Assembly (NCBI GenBank): GCA_040081625.1 | Contig: JBEBGD010000001.1 | Coordinates: 96,001-160,000, forward strand | Length of the DNA stretch: 64,000 nucleotides | Source: Chthoniobacteraceae bacterium | GTDB lineage: Bacteria > Verrucomicrobiota > Verrucomicrobiia > Chthoniobacterales > Chthoniobacteraceae | Direction of reading: 5' to 3' | Part shown: positions 17,818 through 27,670 of the stretch, in pieces | How the letters are laid out: every line of letters starts with the position of its first letter | Position numbering within the stretch: the stretch's first letter is position 1 | Notes under the pieces: model-generated | Databases searched by the model: none | What the model was told of the DNA's origin: nothing | The model's input: only the letters and a program-made list of their open reading frames with translations | Program-made: the position numbers and the translations under genes

Positions 17818-20376
17818 ATGCCCCTACGCCGCACATGGATCGTGGGAATTCTCAGCTTCGTCCTGCACGCGCGGGGCGAAGATGCGGTCGATTACCTGCG
17901 CGACGTGAAGCCGATCTTCGCTGCGCGCTGCTACGCGTGCCACGGCGCGCTCAAACAAAAAGCCGGCCTGCGGCTCGACACCGGCGAGTTCATCCGACGT
18001 GGCGCGAAGGACGGACCGATCATCGAGAGCGAGCTGATGCGCCGCATCACCTCGAGCGACACGGACGAGCGCATGCCGGTCGAAGGCGAGCCGCTCAAGC
18101 CGGAGCAGATTCGCATGATCGAAGCGTGGCTGCGAACGGGCGCGCAATCGCCGGCGGGTGAAAAGCCCGAGCCCGACCCGCGCGAGCATTGGGCGTTCAA
18201 GCCGCCGGTGAGGGCGGAGATTTCGGGCTTCGGGTCTCGAGTCTCGGGATCGACCAACCCGAAACCCAACCCCATCGACTCGTTAATCGATGGCGACCTC
18301 ACGCCGCAACCGCTCGCGGACAAGCCCGCGCTGCTGCGCCGCGTGTCTCTCGACCTCATCGGCCTGCCACCGACACGCGATGAGTTGCGCGCGTTTCTCG
18401 CCGACGATGCGCCCGACGCCTACGACCGCGCAGTGGACCGCCTCCTGCACGACCCTCGCCACGGCGAGCGCTGGGCGCGGCATTGGATGGATGTGTGGCG
18501 CTACAGCGACTGGTATGGCCGCCGGCTCGTGCCCGATGTCTGGAACTCCGCGCCTCAAGTCTGGCGCTGGCGCGACTGGATCGTGCGTTCGCTCAACGCC
18601 GGCAAAGGCTACGATCGCATGGTCACGGAGATGCTCGCCGCGGACGAGATCGCGCCCGGCGACGACGAGTCGCGCGTGGCGACCGGCTACCTCGTTCGCA
18701 ATTGGTATGCGCTGAATCCGAACCAGTGGATGCGCGACAATGTCGAGCACACCGCGAAGGCATTCCTCGGCCTCACCTTCAACTGCGCGCACTGCCACGA
18801 TCACAAATACGATCCGATCACGCAGCAGGATTACTTTCACCTCCGCGCGTTCTTCGAGCCCATCTACGTGCGGCAGGATCGCGTGCCCGGCGAAGCGGAC
18901 CCCGGCGCATATCAGGACTACGACTACAGCAAGTTGCGGAAGATCGTGCGCACCGGAATGGTGAGCGTCTTCGACAAGGACGCCGCGGCGAAGACGTGGT
19001 TCTACACCGGCGGCGACGAGCGCAACCGCCAGACCGATCGTCCGCCCGCGCAACCGGCGCCGCCGGCGTTTCTCGGCGGCGAAGTGCGCGTCGAGCCGGT
19101 CAAGCTGCCGCTCAGCGTTTCATTCCCCGGCGCGAAACCGTTCGCGCGCGAAGACGAGACTCGCGCCGCGGAAAAGGCGATCGCCAATGCGCGCGCGCAG
19201 TTGAAGACGGCGGAGGTCGCGCTTGCGGCGGCAAATGAGAAGTTCTCAGTGACGCTCGATGAATCCGCCGCGCAGGACGCGGAGCTGGCGATGCGTCTCG
19301 CGCAAGCGGCGCTCGTCGCGGCGCGGGCGAAGCGCGACTCGCTCAAGGCGCGCGTCGCCGCGGACGACGTGAAGTTTCTCGGCAAGCCGGGTGATCTCGC
19401 GGCGGTGGCGAAGACCGCGGGCGAGTCGGAGCGCGCGCTCGCGCTGGCCGTCGCGAAGGTTGCGGCGATCGAGGCGGAGCGGGCGGTCCGCGCCGCGAAG
19501 CCCGATGAGAAGAAAAAGGCGGACGCAGAGCTCGCCAACGCGACGAAGGCGCTCGCAAAGGCGGAGGACGACGCAAAGAAACCTGCCACGGATTACACCC
19601 CGCTCAGCCCGACGTATCCGCACGAGAGCACAGGCCGCCGGCTCGCGCTGGCGCGGTGGATTGCGAGTCGCAAAAACCCGCTCACCGCGCGCGTGGCGGT
19701 GAATCACATCTGGATGCGCCACTTCCACACGCCGCTGGTCGCGAGCGTGTATGACTTCGGCCGCAACGGCTCGCCGCCGACACACCCGGAACTGCTCGAC
19801 TGGCTCGCCGTCGAGTTCATGGAGAACGGCTGGAGCATGAAGCATCTGCACCGCTTGATCGTGACGAGCGCCGCGTATCAGCGCGCATCGATGAGCCCCG
19901 GCCGGATGGAGGCCGAAGTCGTGCGCGACAGCATGCTGCACCTCGCTGGCAAACTCGATGCGCGCATGGGCGGGCAGGAACTCGAAACCGCAGCCATGCC
20001 CGGTTCGAATCGCCGCAGTCTTTACTTCGCGTGCTACCCCGAGGGCGGCGGATCTGGCGAGTTCACCGGGGTGTTCGACGCGCCCGATCCGAACGACTGC
20101 TACCGCCGCACGCAAAGCATCGTGCCGCAGCAGGCGCTCGCGCTCACCAACAGCAAGTTCGTCCACGATTGCAGCGAAGCGATCGCACGACGGCTCACGG
20201 GTGAAGGCGCGGAGTTCATCACCGTGGCGTTTGAGCACCTCCTCACGCGTCCGCCGAAACGCGAGGAGACCGACGCGTGCCTGGCCTTCCTCACCAAACA
20301 ACCCGACCCCGGCCGCGCCCGCGAGTCGCTGATCCGCGCGCTGTTCAACCACCACGAGTTCGTAACCGTCCGATGA
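17818..20376 (+). CDS. Planctomycete-type cytochrome c + DUF1549 + DUF1553 protein
   Basis: VDYLRDVKPIFAARCYACHG; HWAF...NPID; LLRRVSLDLIGLPPT; CAHCHDHKYDP; NPLTARVAVN; PTHPELLDWLA; PQQALAL. Confidence 0.92.
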   Translation: MPLRRTWIVGILSFVLHARGEDAVDYLRDVKPIFAARCYACHGALKQKAGLRLDTGEFIRRGAKDGPIIESELMRRITSSDTDERMPVEGEPLKPEQIRMIEAWLRTGAQSPAGEKPEPDPREHWAFKPPVRAEISGFGSRVSGSTNPKPNPIDSLIDGDLTPQPLADKPALLRRVSLDLIGLPPTRDELRAFLADDAPDAYDRAVDRLLHDPRHGERWARHWMDVWRYSDWYGRRLVPDVWNSAPQVWRWRDWIVRSLNAGKGYDRMVTEMLAADEIAPGDDESRVATGYLVRNWYALNPNQWMRDNVEHTAKAFLGLTFNCAHCHDHKYDPITQQDYFHLRAFFEPIYVRQDRVPGEADPGAYQDYDYSKLRKIVRTGMVSVFDKDAAAKTWFYTGGDERNRQTDRPPAQPAPPAFLGGEVRVEPVKLPLSVSFPGAKPFAREDETRAAEKAIANARAQLKTAEVALAAANEKFSVTLDESAAQDAELAMRLAQAALVAARAKRDSLKARVAADDVKFLGKPGDLAAVAKTAGESERALALAVAKVAAIEAERAVRAAKPDEKKKADAELANATKALAKAEDDAKKPATDYTPLSPTYPHESTGRRLALARWIASRKNPLTARVAVNHIWMRHFHTPLVASVYDFGRNGSPPTHPELLDWLAVEFMENGWSMKHLHRLIVTSAAYQRASMSPGRMEAEVVRDSMLHLAGKLDARMGGQELETAAMPGSNRRSLYFACYPEGGGSGEFTGVFDAPDPNDCYRRTQSIVPQQALALTNSKFVHDCSEAIARRLTGEGAEFITVAFEHLLTRPPKREETDACLAFLTKQPDPGRARESLIRALFNHHEFVTVR
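18221..18264. repeat. Four tandem heptamers plus an inverted copy inside an interdomain linker
   Basis: TTTCGGG CTTCGGG TCTCGAG TCTCGGG, 9 nt spacer, then CCCGAAA (reverse complement of TTTCGGG). Confidence 0.7.
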
Positions 20377-21815
20377 AACCACGCCGACAATTCCTCGCCG
20401 ATCTCGGCATGGGCTTCACCGGGCTTTCGCTCGGCTCGATGCTCTTCCGCGACGGCGTCGCGCGCGCGGCTGCGCCCGACGGTCAACCGCAATTCGCGCC
20501 GCGGGCGAAGTCGGTCATCTGGATATTTCTCTCCGGCGGTTACAGCCACATCGAGACGTTCGACCCAAAGCCGGCGCTGACGAAATACGGCGGCATGACG
20601 TTCGACAAAACGCCATTCGAGAACCCGCTTAACTCGCCCAAGCATCACGCGCGGTTCCGCTCCGTGGCGGCGGAGGAAGTCAACGTGCGCAACGTGTATC
20701 CAACCATCTACCCGATGCAGGTCGGCTTCGCGAAGCGCGGGCAGTGCGGCGTCGAGATCACCGACTGGTGGCCGCACCTCGCGGGGTGCGTGGATGACAT
20801 CGCATTCGTCCGCAACATGTGGACGACCGACAACGATCACTTCGCCGAGAACCAGATCCACACGGGCCGCCACCGACTCGACGAGCAGCAGCCGAGCCTC
20901 GGCGCGTGGGTCCACTACGGCCTCGGCACGATGAACGAGAACCTGCCGAAGTTCGTCGTGCTCGGCGGGCCGACGCGCTCCGATACGCGGCTCTCGCTCG
21001 ACTCGCTCTACCTCGGCCCGCAGCACGCGGGTGTGCCGCTGGCGATCGATCCGAAAAGCCCGCTGCCTTTCGGTGTGCGCGACGCGCGGCAATCGGAGGC
21101 CGGGCAGCGCGACGAATACGAACTCATCGGCCGGCTCAATCAACTCGCCGCGGTAGAGTATCCCGCCGATGCCGACTTGCGGGCGCGCATTCGCAGCTAC
21201 GAACTCGCGTTTCGGATGCAGGCGTCCGTGCCTGAGGCACTCGACTTCAAGCCGGAGAGCGAAGATGTGCAGAAGCTCTACGGCCTCGACAACGACGCGA
21301 CGCGCGTGGCTGGCCAGCGGCTGCTCGCGTCGCGCCGACTGATCGAGCGTGGCGTGAGATTCGTGCAGGTTTATCCAAGCGCTTACGGCACGTGGGACTC
21401 GCACCAGAAATTGCAGGAGAAGCACGCGCAGATGTGCGCCGGCGTGGACAAACCGGTCGCCGGACTTCTGCACGATCTCAAGCAACGCGGCCTGCTCGAG
21501 GAAACGGTCGTGGTCTTCTGCACCGAGTTCGGCCGCACGCCCGGACTCGAGCTGCGCAACGGCGGCAAGGACGGACGCGATCATCATCCGCACGGCTTCA
21601 CGGTTTGGTTTGCGGGCGCGGGGATCAAGCCGGGCATCGTCCACGGCGAGACCGATGAACTCGGCTACCACGCGCTCGGCGACGGTCACTACGTCACCGA
21701 TATGCACGCGACCGTGCTGCGCCTGCTCGGCCTCGACGGACGCCGGCTCGAAATCCCGGGTCGCAAGCGGCTCGATGTCGATCACGGCCGGTCGATCGAC
21801 GCGATTCTCGCGTAG
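20373..21815 (+). CDS. DUF1501 family protein (Tat signal)
   Basis: PRRQFL; AKSVIWIFLSGGYSHIETFDPKP; WDSH; TEFGRTP; GRDHHP. ATGA-coupled to the DUF1553 gene, its usual partner. Confidence 0.92.
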   Translation: MKPRRQFLADLGMGFTGLSLGSMLFRDGVARAAAPDGQPQFAPRAKSVIWIFLSGGYSHIETFDPKPALTKYGGMTFDKTPFENPLNSPKHHARFRSVAAEEVNVRNVYPTIYPMQVGFAKRGQCGVEITDWWPHLAGCVDDIAFVRNMWTTDNDHFAENQIHTGRHRLDEQQPSLGAWVHYGLGTMNENLPKFVVLGGPTRSDTRLSLDSLYLGPQHAGVPLAIDPKSPLPFGVRDARQSEAGQRDEYELIGRLNQLAAVEYPADADLRARIRSYELAFRMQASVPEALDFKPESEDVQKLYGLDNDATRVAGQRLLASRRLIERGVRFVQVYPSAYGTWDSHQKLQEKHAQMCAGVDKPVAGLLHDLKQRGLLEETVVVFCTEFGRTPGLELRNGGKDGRDHHPHGFTVWFAGAGIKPGIVHGETDELGYHALGDGHYVTDMHATVLRLLGLDGRRLEIPGRKRLDVDHGRSIDAILA

Positions 21816-21817
21816 GC

Positions 21818-22222
21818 TTACAGGCCGTTGTTGGCTTTCTGCGTCTGCTCGCGCATCCGGCAGACCGGGCAATTGTCGCCGGGCTGCGTGTGAAGGAGTT
21901 GGTTGATGCCCGCAGGCACACCGTCGGGAACGTCGAGTCCGAAGACACGCATCGCTTGCGCGCGCACTTCCGAGGTCCGCAGCGTGCGCTGCCGGAACTC
22001 ACCGTCCTGCGCGAGCTTCAGCATCCGGTCCGGCGCCTGCGCGTGCGCTTCGGTGAGCGCATCGAGCAAAGCCCCGAGGTCCGCCGCTGCCGGCTCCCGC
22101 CCGAGCGTGGCGCGCCATTCGGCGAAGGTGAAGTCCTCGCGCAGCAGCCGCGCGGCGAGCGTCTCGGGAACTGGTGGACGGCACGCGGCGAGCAGGAGCG
22201 CGATGAAGAACAAGCGCTTCAT
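21818..22222 (-). CDS. Hypothetical lipoprotein with C-terminal H-x6-CPVC motif
   Basis: MKRLFFIALLLAAC lipobox; ATGA overlap with the upstream gene; HTQPGDNCPVCRM. Confidence 0.65.
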   Translation of the reverse strand: MKRLFFIALLLAACRPPVPETLAARLLREDFTFAEWRATLGREPAAADLGALLDALTEAHAQAPDRMLKLAQDGEFRQRTLRTSEVRAQAMRVFGLDVPDGVPAGINQLLHTQPGDNCPVCRMREQTQKANNGL

Positions 22223-22638
22223 GCGCGCCGCCGTTCGAGCCACGCCAGCCACACGACCGCGGCGAGCATTGCGCCGTTGAGCGCGAGGTGACGCGGAAAA
22301 TCCGTCTGGTTCACCGCGCGGCCAAAACAGCCACACGTGAGATCGATCCCGCGCCACCACGCGCTCGCGATGGCGCCGATAAAGACGACCGTCATCACGC
22401 CGCTGAGCGCGACCGCGCCGCGATAGAACGTGCGCGCGATCAGGGCGAAGCCGGTCACGATTTCCAGCCACGGGAGGAAGACGGCGAGGATCATGGAAAC
22501 ATCCCACCGCGTGAGATTGAACGCATGCACGTCGCGAAAGAACTGCTCGATGTCCGCGACTTTCACGATGCCCGCGTAGGCCAGAAGTCCGCCGAGGAGG
22601 AGCCGCAATGTCAGCTCGAAGATGCGCGCCGGGTTCAT
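22219..22638 (-). CDS. MauE/DoxX-family membrane protein
   Basis: RLLLGGLLAYAGIVK, LPWLEIVTG, RGIDLTCGCFG; about four hydrophobic segments. Confidence 0.85.
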   Translation of the reverse strand: MNPARIFELTLRLLLGGLLAYAGIVKVADIEQFFRDVHAFNLTRWDVSMILAVFLPWLEIVTGFALIARTFYRGAVALSGVMTVVFIGAIASAWWRGIDLTCGCFGRAVNQTDFPRHLALNGAMLAAVVWLAWLERRRA

Positions 22639-23048
22639 CGTCCCTCCCACGCGTCGAGGCCATCGTGCAGGACCCATACCTCGGGGATCTTCAGTTCCTC
22701 GCGCAGTCGCAGCGCGACTGTCGGTGCCGCGTCGTCGCCGCGCTCGCCATAAACAATCACGCGCATCTCGGGATCCCACGCGTCGAGAAAACGCGCGACC
22801 TGCGCGTCCCACGTCTCCGCGTTGAGCGACAGCGCGCCGGGGATGTGCTTGCGCTCGAATTTCGGTGCAGGGCGCGCATCGACCCAGATCGCCTTGTCGC
22901 CCCACGCTTGCGCATCGCCGAGCATCACCTCGCCGCTCGCGAGCGGGGTCTGCGGGCGTAGCTTCAGCTCGCGATACCCGGTGATGGCCGCCGGCGCTGC
23001 GGCCAGCGCGCAGAGCAGCAGGACTTCGCGAACGATGCGCCCGATCAC
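22635..23048 (-). CDS. Membrane-anchored rhodanese-like domain protein (active-site Cys apparently absent)
   Basis: WVDARP, HIPGALSL, VIVYG (Cys position is Gly), VLHDGLDAW. Confidence 0.78.
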   Translation of the reverse strand: MIGRIVREVLLLCALAAAPAAITGYRELKLRPQTPLASGEVMLGDAQAWGDKAIWVDARPAPKFERKHIPGALSLNAETWDAQVARFLDAWDPEMRVIVYGERGDDAAPTVALRLREELKIPEVWVLHDGLDAWEGR

Positions 23049-23689
23049 TTGATCCGCGCGAAGATGCGGTAGCTGCGCGGCGCGTCGGCGGGAAAATCCG
23101 TCGTGACTGTCAGCTCCGCGGCAAGCTTCGCCGACGTGCTCGCCGGCTTGATCTGCACGAGGTATTCCCCGCCCGCCTTCACCGTCTGCACGGTCGCCGT
23201 CACGCGCGGGTCGGAGGAAGTCACGCTTTTAACGCCGACCTTCGTCCCATCCGCGGGCGTCGTGAGCTTCACCATTTTCGCGTCAGCCGCGTCACCGACC
23301 CGCCAATAGACCAGCGCGGGCGCCAGCGTGAGCGGTTCATGGATGAACACGCGCAAGTCGAGCACCCACTCGCGCTTGTCGTCGCTCGTGACACTGATCC
23401 CCTTGCGCTGAGGGCCGCGGCGGAAGCCGAACGTGAACTTCACCTCGATTTCACCGCTTTCGCCCGGCGCGAAAGAATTCTTTGCGAGCTTGGCGCTCGT
23501 GCAACCGCATGACGAGGTCACCCGCTTGATCTTGATCGTCCCGGGCCCGGTGTTTTTGAAGGCGAACTTCGTCGCGAGATGTCCGTCGTCGGGCACGCGA
23601 TGGAATTCCTGCACGGGCTTCTCCCAAACGAGATCGGCGCGGGCGCAGGTGGCAGCAGCGAGGAAGGCAAGCAACGATCGGATGATCAT
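23045..23689 (-). CDS. DUF1573 domain secreted protein
   Basis: Signal peptide; FAFKNTG...IKRVTSSCGCT...APGESGEI. Confidence 0.85.
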   Translation of the reverse strand: MIIRSLLAFLAAATCARADLVWEKPVQEFHRVPDDGHLATKFAFKNTGPGTIKIKRVTSSCGCTSAKLAKNSFAPGESGEIEVKFTFGFRRGPQRKGISVTSDDKREWVLDLRVFIHEPLTLAPALVYWRVGDAADAKMVKLTTPADGTKVGVKSVTSSDPRVTATVQTVKAGGEYLVQIKPASTSAKLAAELTVTTDFPADAPRSYRIFARIK

Positions 23690-23770
23690 GCGGCACCCGT
23701 AGCGGATGGAATGTGCCTTGCCAAGCGATGCGCTGTCGCGGTCCCGCGACGATGAGGCGCCACGACCGGC

Positions 23771-26272
23771 CTACGGGGCAAAGTCGCGATGCTTTGGTTC
23801 GCCGCCGCTCTCGATGTAGGCAAGCAGATCGAGGATCTGATTTTGTGTGAGCACGTTGAGCAGCCCGCCAGGCATCGGTGAGATGGGCGAAGGCTCGCGA
23901 CTTCGCACGTCGGCCTTGTCGAGCTTCGTCACCTCCGGCGCGAGCGGGCTCAGGCGCACGACGATCGCATTTTCGTTCTCGTGCTCGATCGTGCCGACGA
24001 CCGTCGCGCCGCTCTTGAGCGTGAAGGCGACGCTGCGGAATTTGTCGTCGATGACTCGCGATGGATTGAGGATCGAGTCGAGAAGGTCGCGGCGGTTGAA
24101 GCGGCTGCTCACCGCGGTGAGATCGGGACCGACGAGGCTGCCGGTCAGGCCGATACGATGGCAGAGCACGCACTGCGCGCCGGCGAACGCCTGCTTGCCT
24201 GCGTCGAAGGAGCGTCCACGGCCGACGCGATCGAGTGCGGGCGCCAGGTCTTCGAGCTTCCAGTCGCGCACGAGCACCTGCGGGCCGCTCGAGATCGGCG
24301 CGGGGACTTGAGCAGCGGCGGCGAGGAGCGGCGCGACCGCCTCGTGCTCGGCGGGCGTGAGCCGTTCGAGCACCTCGGCGCGGATCATTTTCATCGAGCG
24401 CTGATAATCGCGCGCGCCTTCGAGCGTCTCGGCATGGTTGAGCGCGGCGAAGAACGCGCGGCGTTGATCGAGCGTCCAGCCATCGGGCACGAGGCGGAGG
24501 AAGAAGAGGTAGTGCAGCAGGTCCTCGCTGCGGGTGCTTTGCGTGAGAAGGGCGACGGTCTTGTCGCGGAAATTCGGCACCTTGAGATGGGCGAGCAGTT
24601 CGCAGAGCAGGTGCGTCACGCGCCAGCTCTTCGCGGGGTAGAGCGCATCGAGTCGCTGCGCGAGCGCGCTTGTGTCCGGCGGGGTGCCGAGCCGGACGAG
24701 GGCAAGCTGGTAGTCGCGCAGCGCGATGAGCTGCTGGTCTTCATCCAGCGAGGCGAAGTCGAGCGCGTTGAGTTTTGCAATCAGTGCTTCCCGCACATCG
24801 TCCGCGCCGGACCGGGCGAGCGCCATGAGCGCCGTGAGGGCGGTATGTGTATCCGGCTCCGCGAGCGCGCGGCCTTGCCACCCCCTAACGTCCTGCCACT
24901 CGAGTGCGACGCGCGCGGCGTGTCGGATCGCCGCGTCGGTGCTGCCGAGATGCTGCCAGATCTTCTCCACGGCACCGGGCGCGGCGTGGCCGTGCAGGGC
25001 TTCGAGCTGCCGCCGCAGCGCGCGAGCTTCGCGGTCGCTTCCCTCGGCGTCGAGCGCGCGATGCTTTTCAGCAGGGCGAGTGTAGCTCACGCGATACAGG
25101 CCCGATTGCGTGCGCCTGCCGCCGGTGATGAAATACATCGCGCCATCCGTCCCGAAGGCGAGGTCGGTGACATTGAGCGGCTTGCCGACGACGAAGTTTT
25201 CCGCCGTCCCGGTGTAGCTCGCGCCGCGTGGTTGGAGACGCACCGCGACGATCCTGCCGTAGGACCAATCGCAGATGAACAGCGCGCGCTTCCACTCCGT
25301 CGGGAAGTTGCTCCGCGTTCCGAATTCGATGCCCGTCGGCGAACCCAGGCCGATATTGACCGTCGTCGGTCCGCAGTCGGGGAAATACTCCGGCCACTTG
25401 CTCGTGCCGCGCCGCCAGCCGTAGTCGGCGCCGCTGAGCACGTGATTGACGCGGCAAGGCCGATACCACGGCGTGCCGGTATCCCACTCCATGTCCGCGT
25501 CGAAGGTGAACATCTCGCCGTCGTCGTTGAACGCCACGTCGAGCGGATTGCGGAAGCCGCCGGCAACGAGCGTCCACGATTTCCCGTCGCGATCACCGCG
25601 CAGGATGTGACCAGCGGGCAGCTTCACGTCGCCGTCGAACATCTGCGGATCCCACGGGCAGGGGATGATCCGGTCGTCCTGAAAATTGCGAAGCGGCGAA
25701 TCGGTCGCGGAGTTCGGTGGCGCGACGACGTTGTTGCCGTGGACGAGATAGAGCATCCCGTCGGGGCCGAGCTTCACGTGATTGCGCCCGTGCCCGACGC
25801 CGCCCCCGGTGCGCAGCAGTTCCGTCGTCTCGTCGAAGCGATCGTCGCCATCGGTGTCTCGCAGCCGCACGAGGACCTTGCTGTTGTTCGCGTTCACGTA
25901 GAGCGCGTCGTGCGCATAGAGCAGGCCGCGACATTCGAGCAGCGTGTCGTCGATCACTTCCACGCGCTCGACGCCCGCGCCGGGGCTGACCGTCATCCGG
26001 AGCAGCCCCTTCTTCTCCCGCGCGATTGTCAGCCGCCCTTTCGGATCGAACGCCATCGAGATCCACGAATCTTCATCCGGCGCCGCCGAGCGGATCAGTT
26101 CGACCTTGAATCCGGGCGGAGAGCTAATCGTCGCGGCATCGGTCGCGATGCCGGGAGTGAGCGCGAGCTTCCACGTGTTGTAGGCATCGGGCTTGCGCGT
26201 GACTTCGGTGAGCTGCGGTTGCGCGAGCGCCGTCGTCGCGAAGAGCAAAGAAGCGAGCGCGGCAGCGTTCAC
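23771..26272 (-). CDS. PVC-type membrane-associated dehydrogenase with heme-c domain
   Basis: Signal peptide; PPGFKVEL; GFRNPLD; DADMEWD; helical middle region; CVLCH, GPDLT, SPMPGGL. Confidence 0.85.
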   Translation of the reverse strand: MNAAALASLLFATTALAQPQLTEVTRKPDAYNTWKLALTPGIATDAATISSPPGFKVELIRSAAPDEDSWISMAFDPKGRLTIAREKKGLLRMTVSPGAGVERVEVIDDTLLECRGLLYAHDALYVNANNSKVLVRLRDTDGDDRFDETTELLRTGGGVGHGRNHVKLGPDGMLYLVHGNNVVAPPNSATDSPLRNFQDDRIIPCPWDPQMFDGDVKLPAGHILRGDRDGKSWTLVAGGFRNPLDVAFNDDGEMFTFDADMEWDTGTPWYRPCRVNHVLSGADYGWRRGTSKWPEYFPDCGPTTVNIGLGSPTGIEFGTRSNFPTEWKRALFICDWSYGRIVAVRLQPRGASYTGTAENFVVGKPLNVTDLAFGTDGAMYFITGGRRTQSGLYRVSYTRPAEKHRALDAEGSDREARALRRQLEALHGHAAPGAVEKIWQHLGSTDAAIRHAARVALEWQDVRGWQGRALAEPDTHTALTALMALARSGADDVREALIAKLNALDFASLDEDQQLIALRDYQLALVRLGTPPDTSALAQRLDALYPAKSWRVTHLLCELLAHLKVPNFRDKTVALLTQSTRSEDLLHYLFFLRLVPDGWTLDQRRAFFAALNHAETLEGARDYQRSMKMIRAEVLERLTPAEHEAVAPLLAAAAQVPAPISSGPQVLVRDWKLEDLAPALDRVGRGRSFDAGKQAFAGAQCVLCHRIGLTGSLVGPDLTAVSSRFNRRDLLDSILNPSRVIDDKFRSVAFTLKSGATVVGTIEHENENAIVVRLSPLAPEVTKLDKADVRSREPSPISPMPGGLLNVLTQNQILDLLAYIESGGEPKHRDFAP

Positions 26273-26281
26273 GGCGGGCGC

Positions 26282-27664
26282 TCAGCGTTTCCTCTTGCGA
26301 GGCGCGGTCTTGTCGCGCGGCGTGCGTGAGCGCAGGCGGAAGAAGATCGGCAGCCCGGTGAACGGCTCGATGGTTCGCACGCTGGCTTCCAGATACCGCC
26401 GGTAGCTCTCCTCGAGCAGCCGTCCGTCGTTGCAGAAGATCACGATCTCGGGCGCGGGCACCGCGATTCTCTCCGGCGGCTTCGCGTGCGTGGCGTAGAG
26501 GATCTTGAACCGGCGCCCGCGCTGTGAGGCCGGGGGATGCGAGTCCGTTGCCTGTTGCAGGGCGCGGTTGAGCGGGCCGGTGTCGAGATGCCGCCGCGAG
26601 GCGGCCCGGACCTTTTCGAACGTCCGAAAGAGGCGCGTGATCTCGACGCTATCCTTCGCGCAGCACAGAATCACCGGCGCGAATTTCAGCGCGAAGAGGT
26701 TCGCGTCGAGGTCGGAGAGGAACTCCTTGAGCTTGTCCTTCCCGCGGGTTTTCTCCTCGACGAGATCCCACTTGTTCGCCGCGACGACGCATGGCTTGCC
26801 GGCTTTCTGGATCATCCCGGCGATCGTCTTGTCCATCGAGGTGATGCCGGCTTCCGAGTCGATGACCAGGCAGCACAGGTCTGCGCGCTCGATGCTGTCC
26901 TGCGCGCGCATGACGCTGAAGACTTCGACCGAGGAGGAGACCTTCGAGCGATGGCGGATGCCGGCGGTGTCGATGAGGACGTAGCTCTTGCCTTCGCGCT
27001 CGTAAGGGATGTCCACAGCGTCGCGCGTGGTGCCGGCGATGGAGGAAACGAGCGTGCGTTCATCGCGCAGGATCGCGTTGGTGAGTGTGCTCTTGCCCAC
27101 GTTGGGGCGGCCGACGATGACGATCTTGACCGGTGCGGCGACTTCCCCCTCCGCTGCCTCCGGCGGCGCGGGAAGGCGGGCCTCGATCGAGCGGACGAGT
27201 TCACCCGTTCCGCGGTCGTGCTCGGCGCTGATCGGGATCGAGGTTTCGAAATTGAGCTTCGCGAACTCGGCGGTGTTATCCAGGTGCCTGGATTCATCGA
27301 TCTTGTTGATGACGAGCAGCAGCGGCTTTCCGCCCTTCCGCAGCTTGCGCGCGAGTTCCTCGTCCACCGGCGTGACTCCGTCCTGTCCATCGACGACGAA
27401 GAGCAGCACGTCGGCCGCCTCGATGGCGATATCGACTTCGGCGTGGACCTGCGCCGTGAAATCGAGATCCACATTCCCCCCGATGCCGCCGGTATCGATG
27501 ATCGTGAACGGCGCATTGCCGAGTTTACACACACCGTTGATGCGGTCGCGGGTGACGCCCGGCTGATCGTGGACGATCGCAATTTTCCGGCGGGCGAGCC
27601 GGTTGAAGAGCGCGCTCTTTCCGACGTTGGGGCGGCCGACGATGGCGACGGTGCGTTCAGGCAT
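26282..27664 (-). CDS. der: Ribosome biogenesis GTPase Der (EngA)
   Basis: Two GTPase domains (GRPNVGKS twice, DTGG/DTAG, NKID/NKWD) and a C-terminal KH-like domain. Confidence 0.96.
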   Translation of the reverse strand: MPERTVAIVGRPNVGKSALFNRLARRKIAIVHDQPGVTRDRINGVCKLGNAPFTIIDTGGIGGNVDLDFTAQVHAEVDIAIEAADVLLFVVDGQDGVTPVDEELARKLRKGGKPLLLVINKIDESRHLDNTAEFAKLNFETSIPISAEHDRGTGELVRSIEARLPAPPEAAEGEVAAPVKIVIVGRPNVGKSTLTNAILRDERTLVSSIAGTTRDAVDIPYEREGKSYVLIDTAGIRHRSKVSSSVEVFSVMRAQDSIERADLCCLVIDSEAGITSMDKTIAGMIQKAGKPCVVAANKWDLVEEKTRGKDKLKEFLSDLDANLFALKFAPVILCCAKDSVEITRLFRTFEKVRAASRRHLDTGPLNRALQQATDSHPPASQRGRRFKILYATHAKPPERIAVPAPEIVIFCNDGRLLEESYRRYLEASVRTIEPFTGLPIFFRLRSRTPRDKTAPRKRKR

Positions 27665-27670
27665 TTGCGA

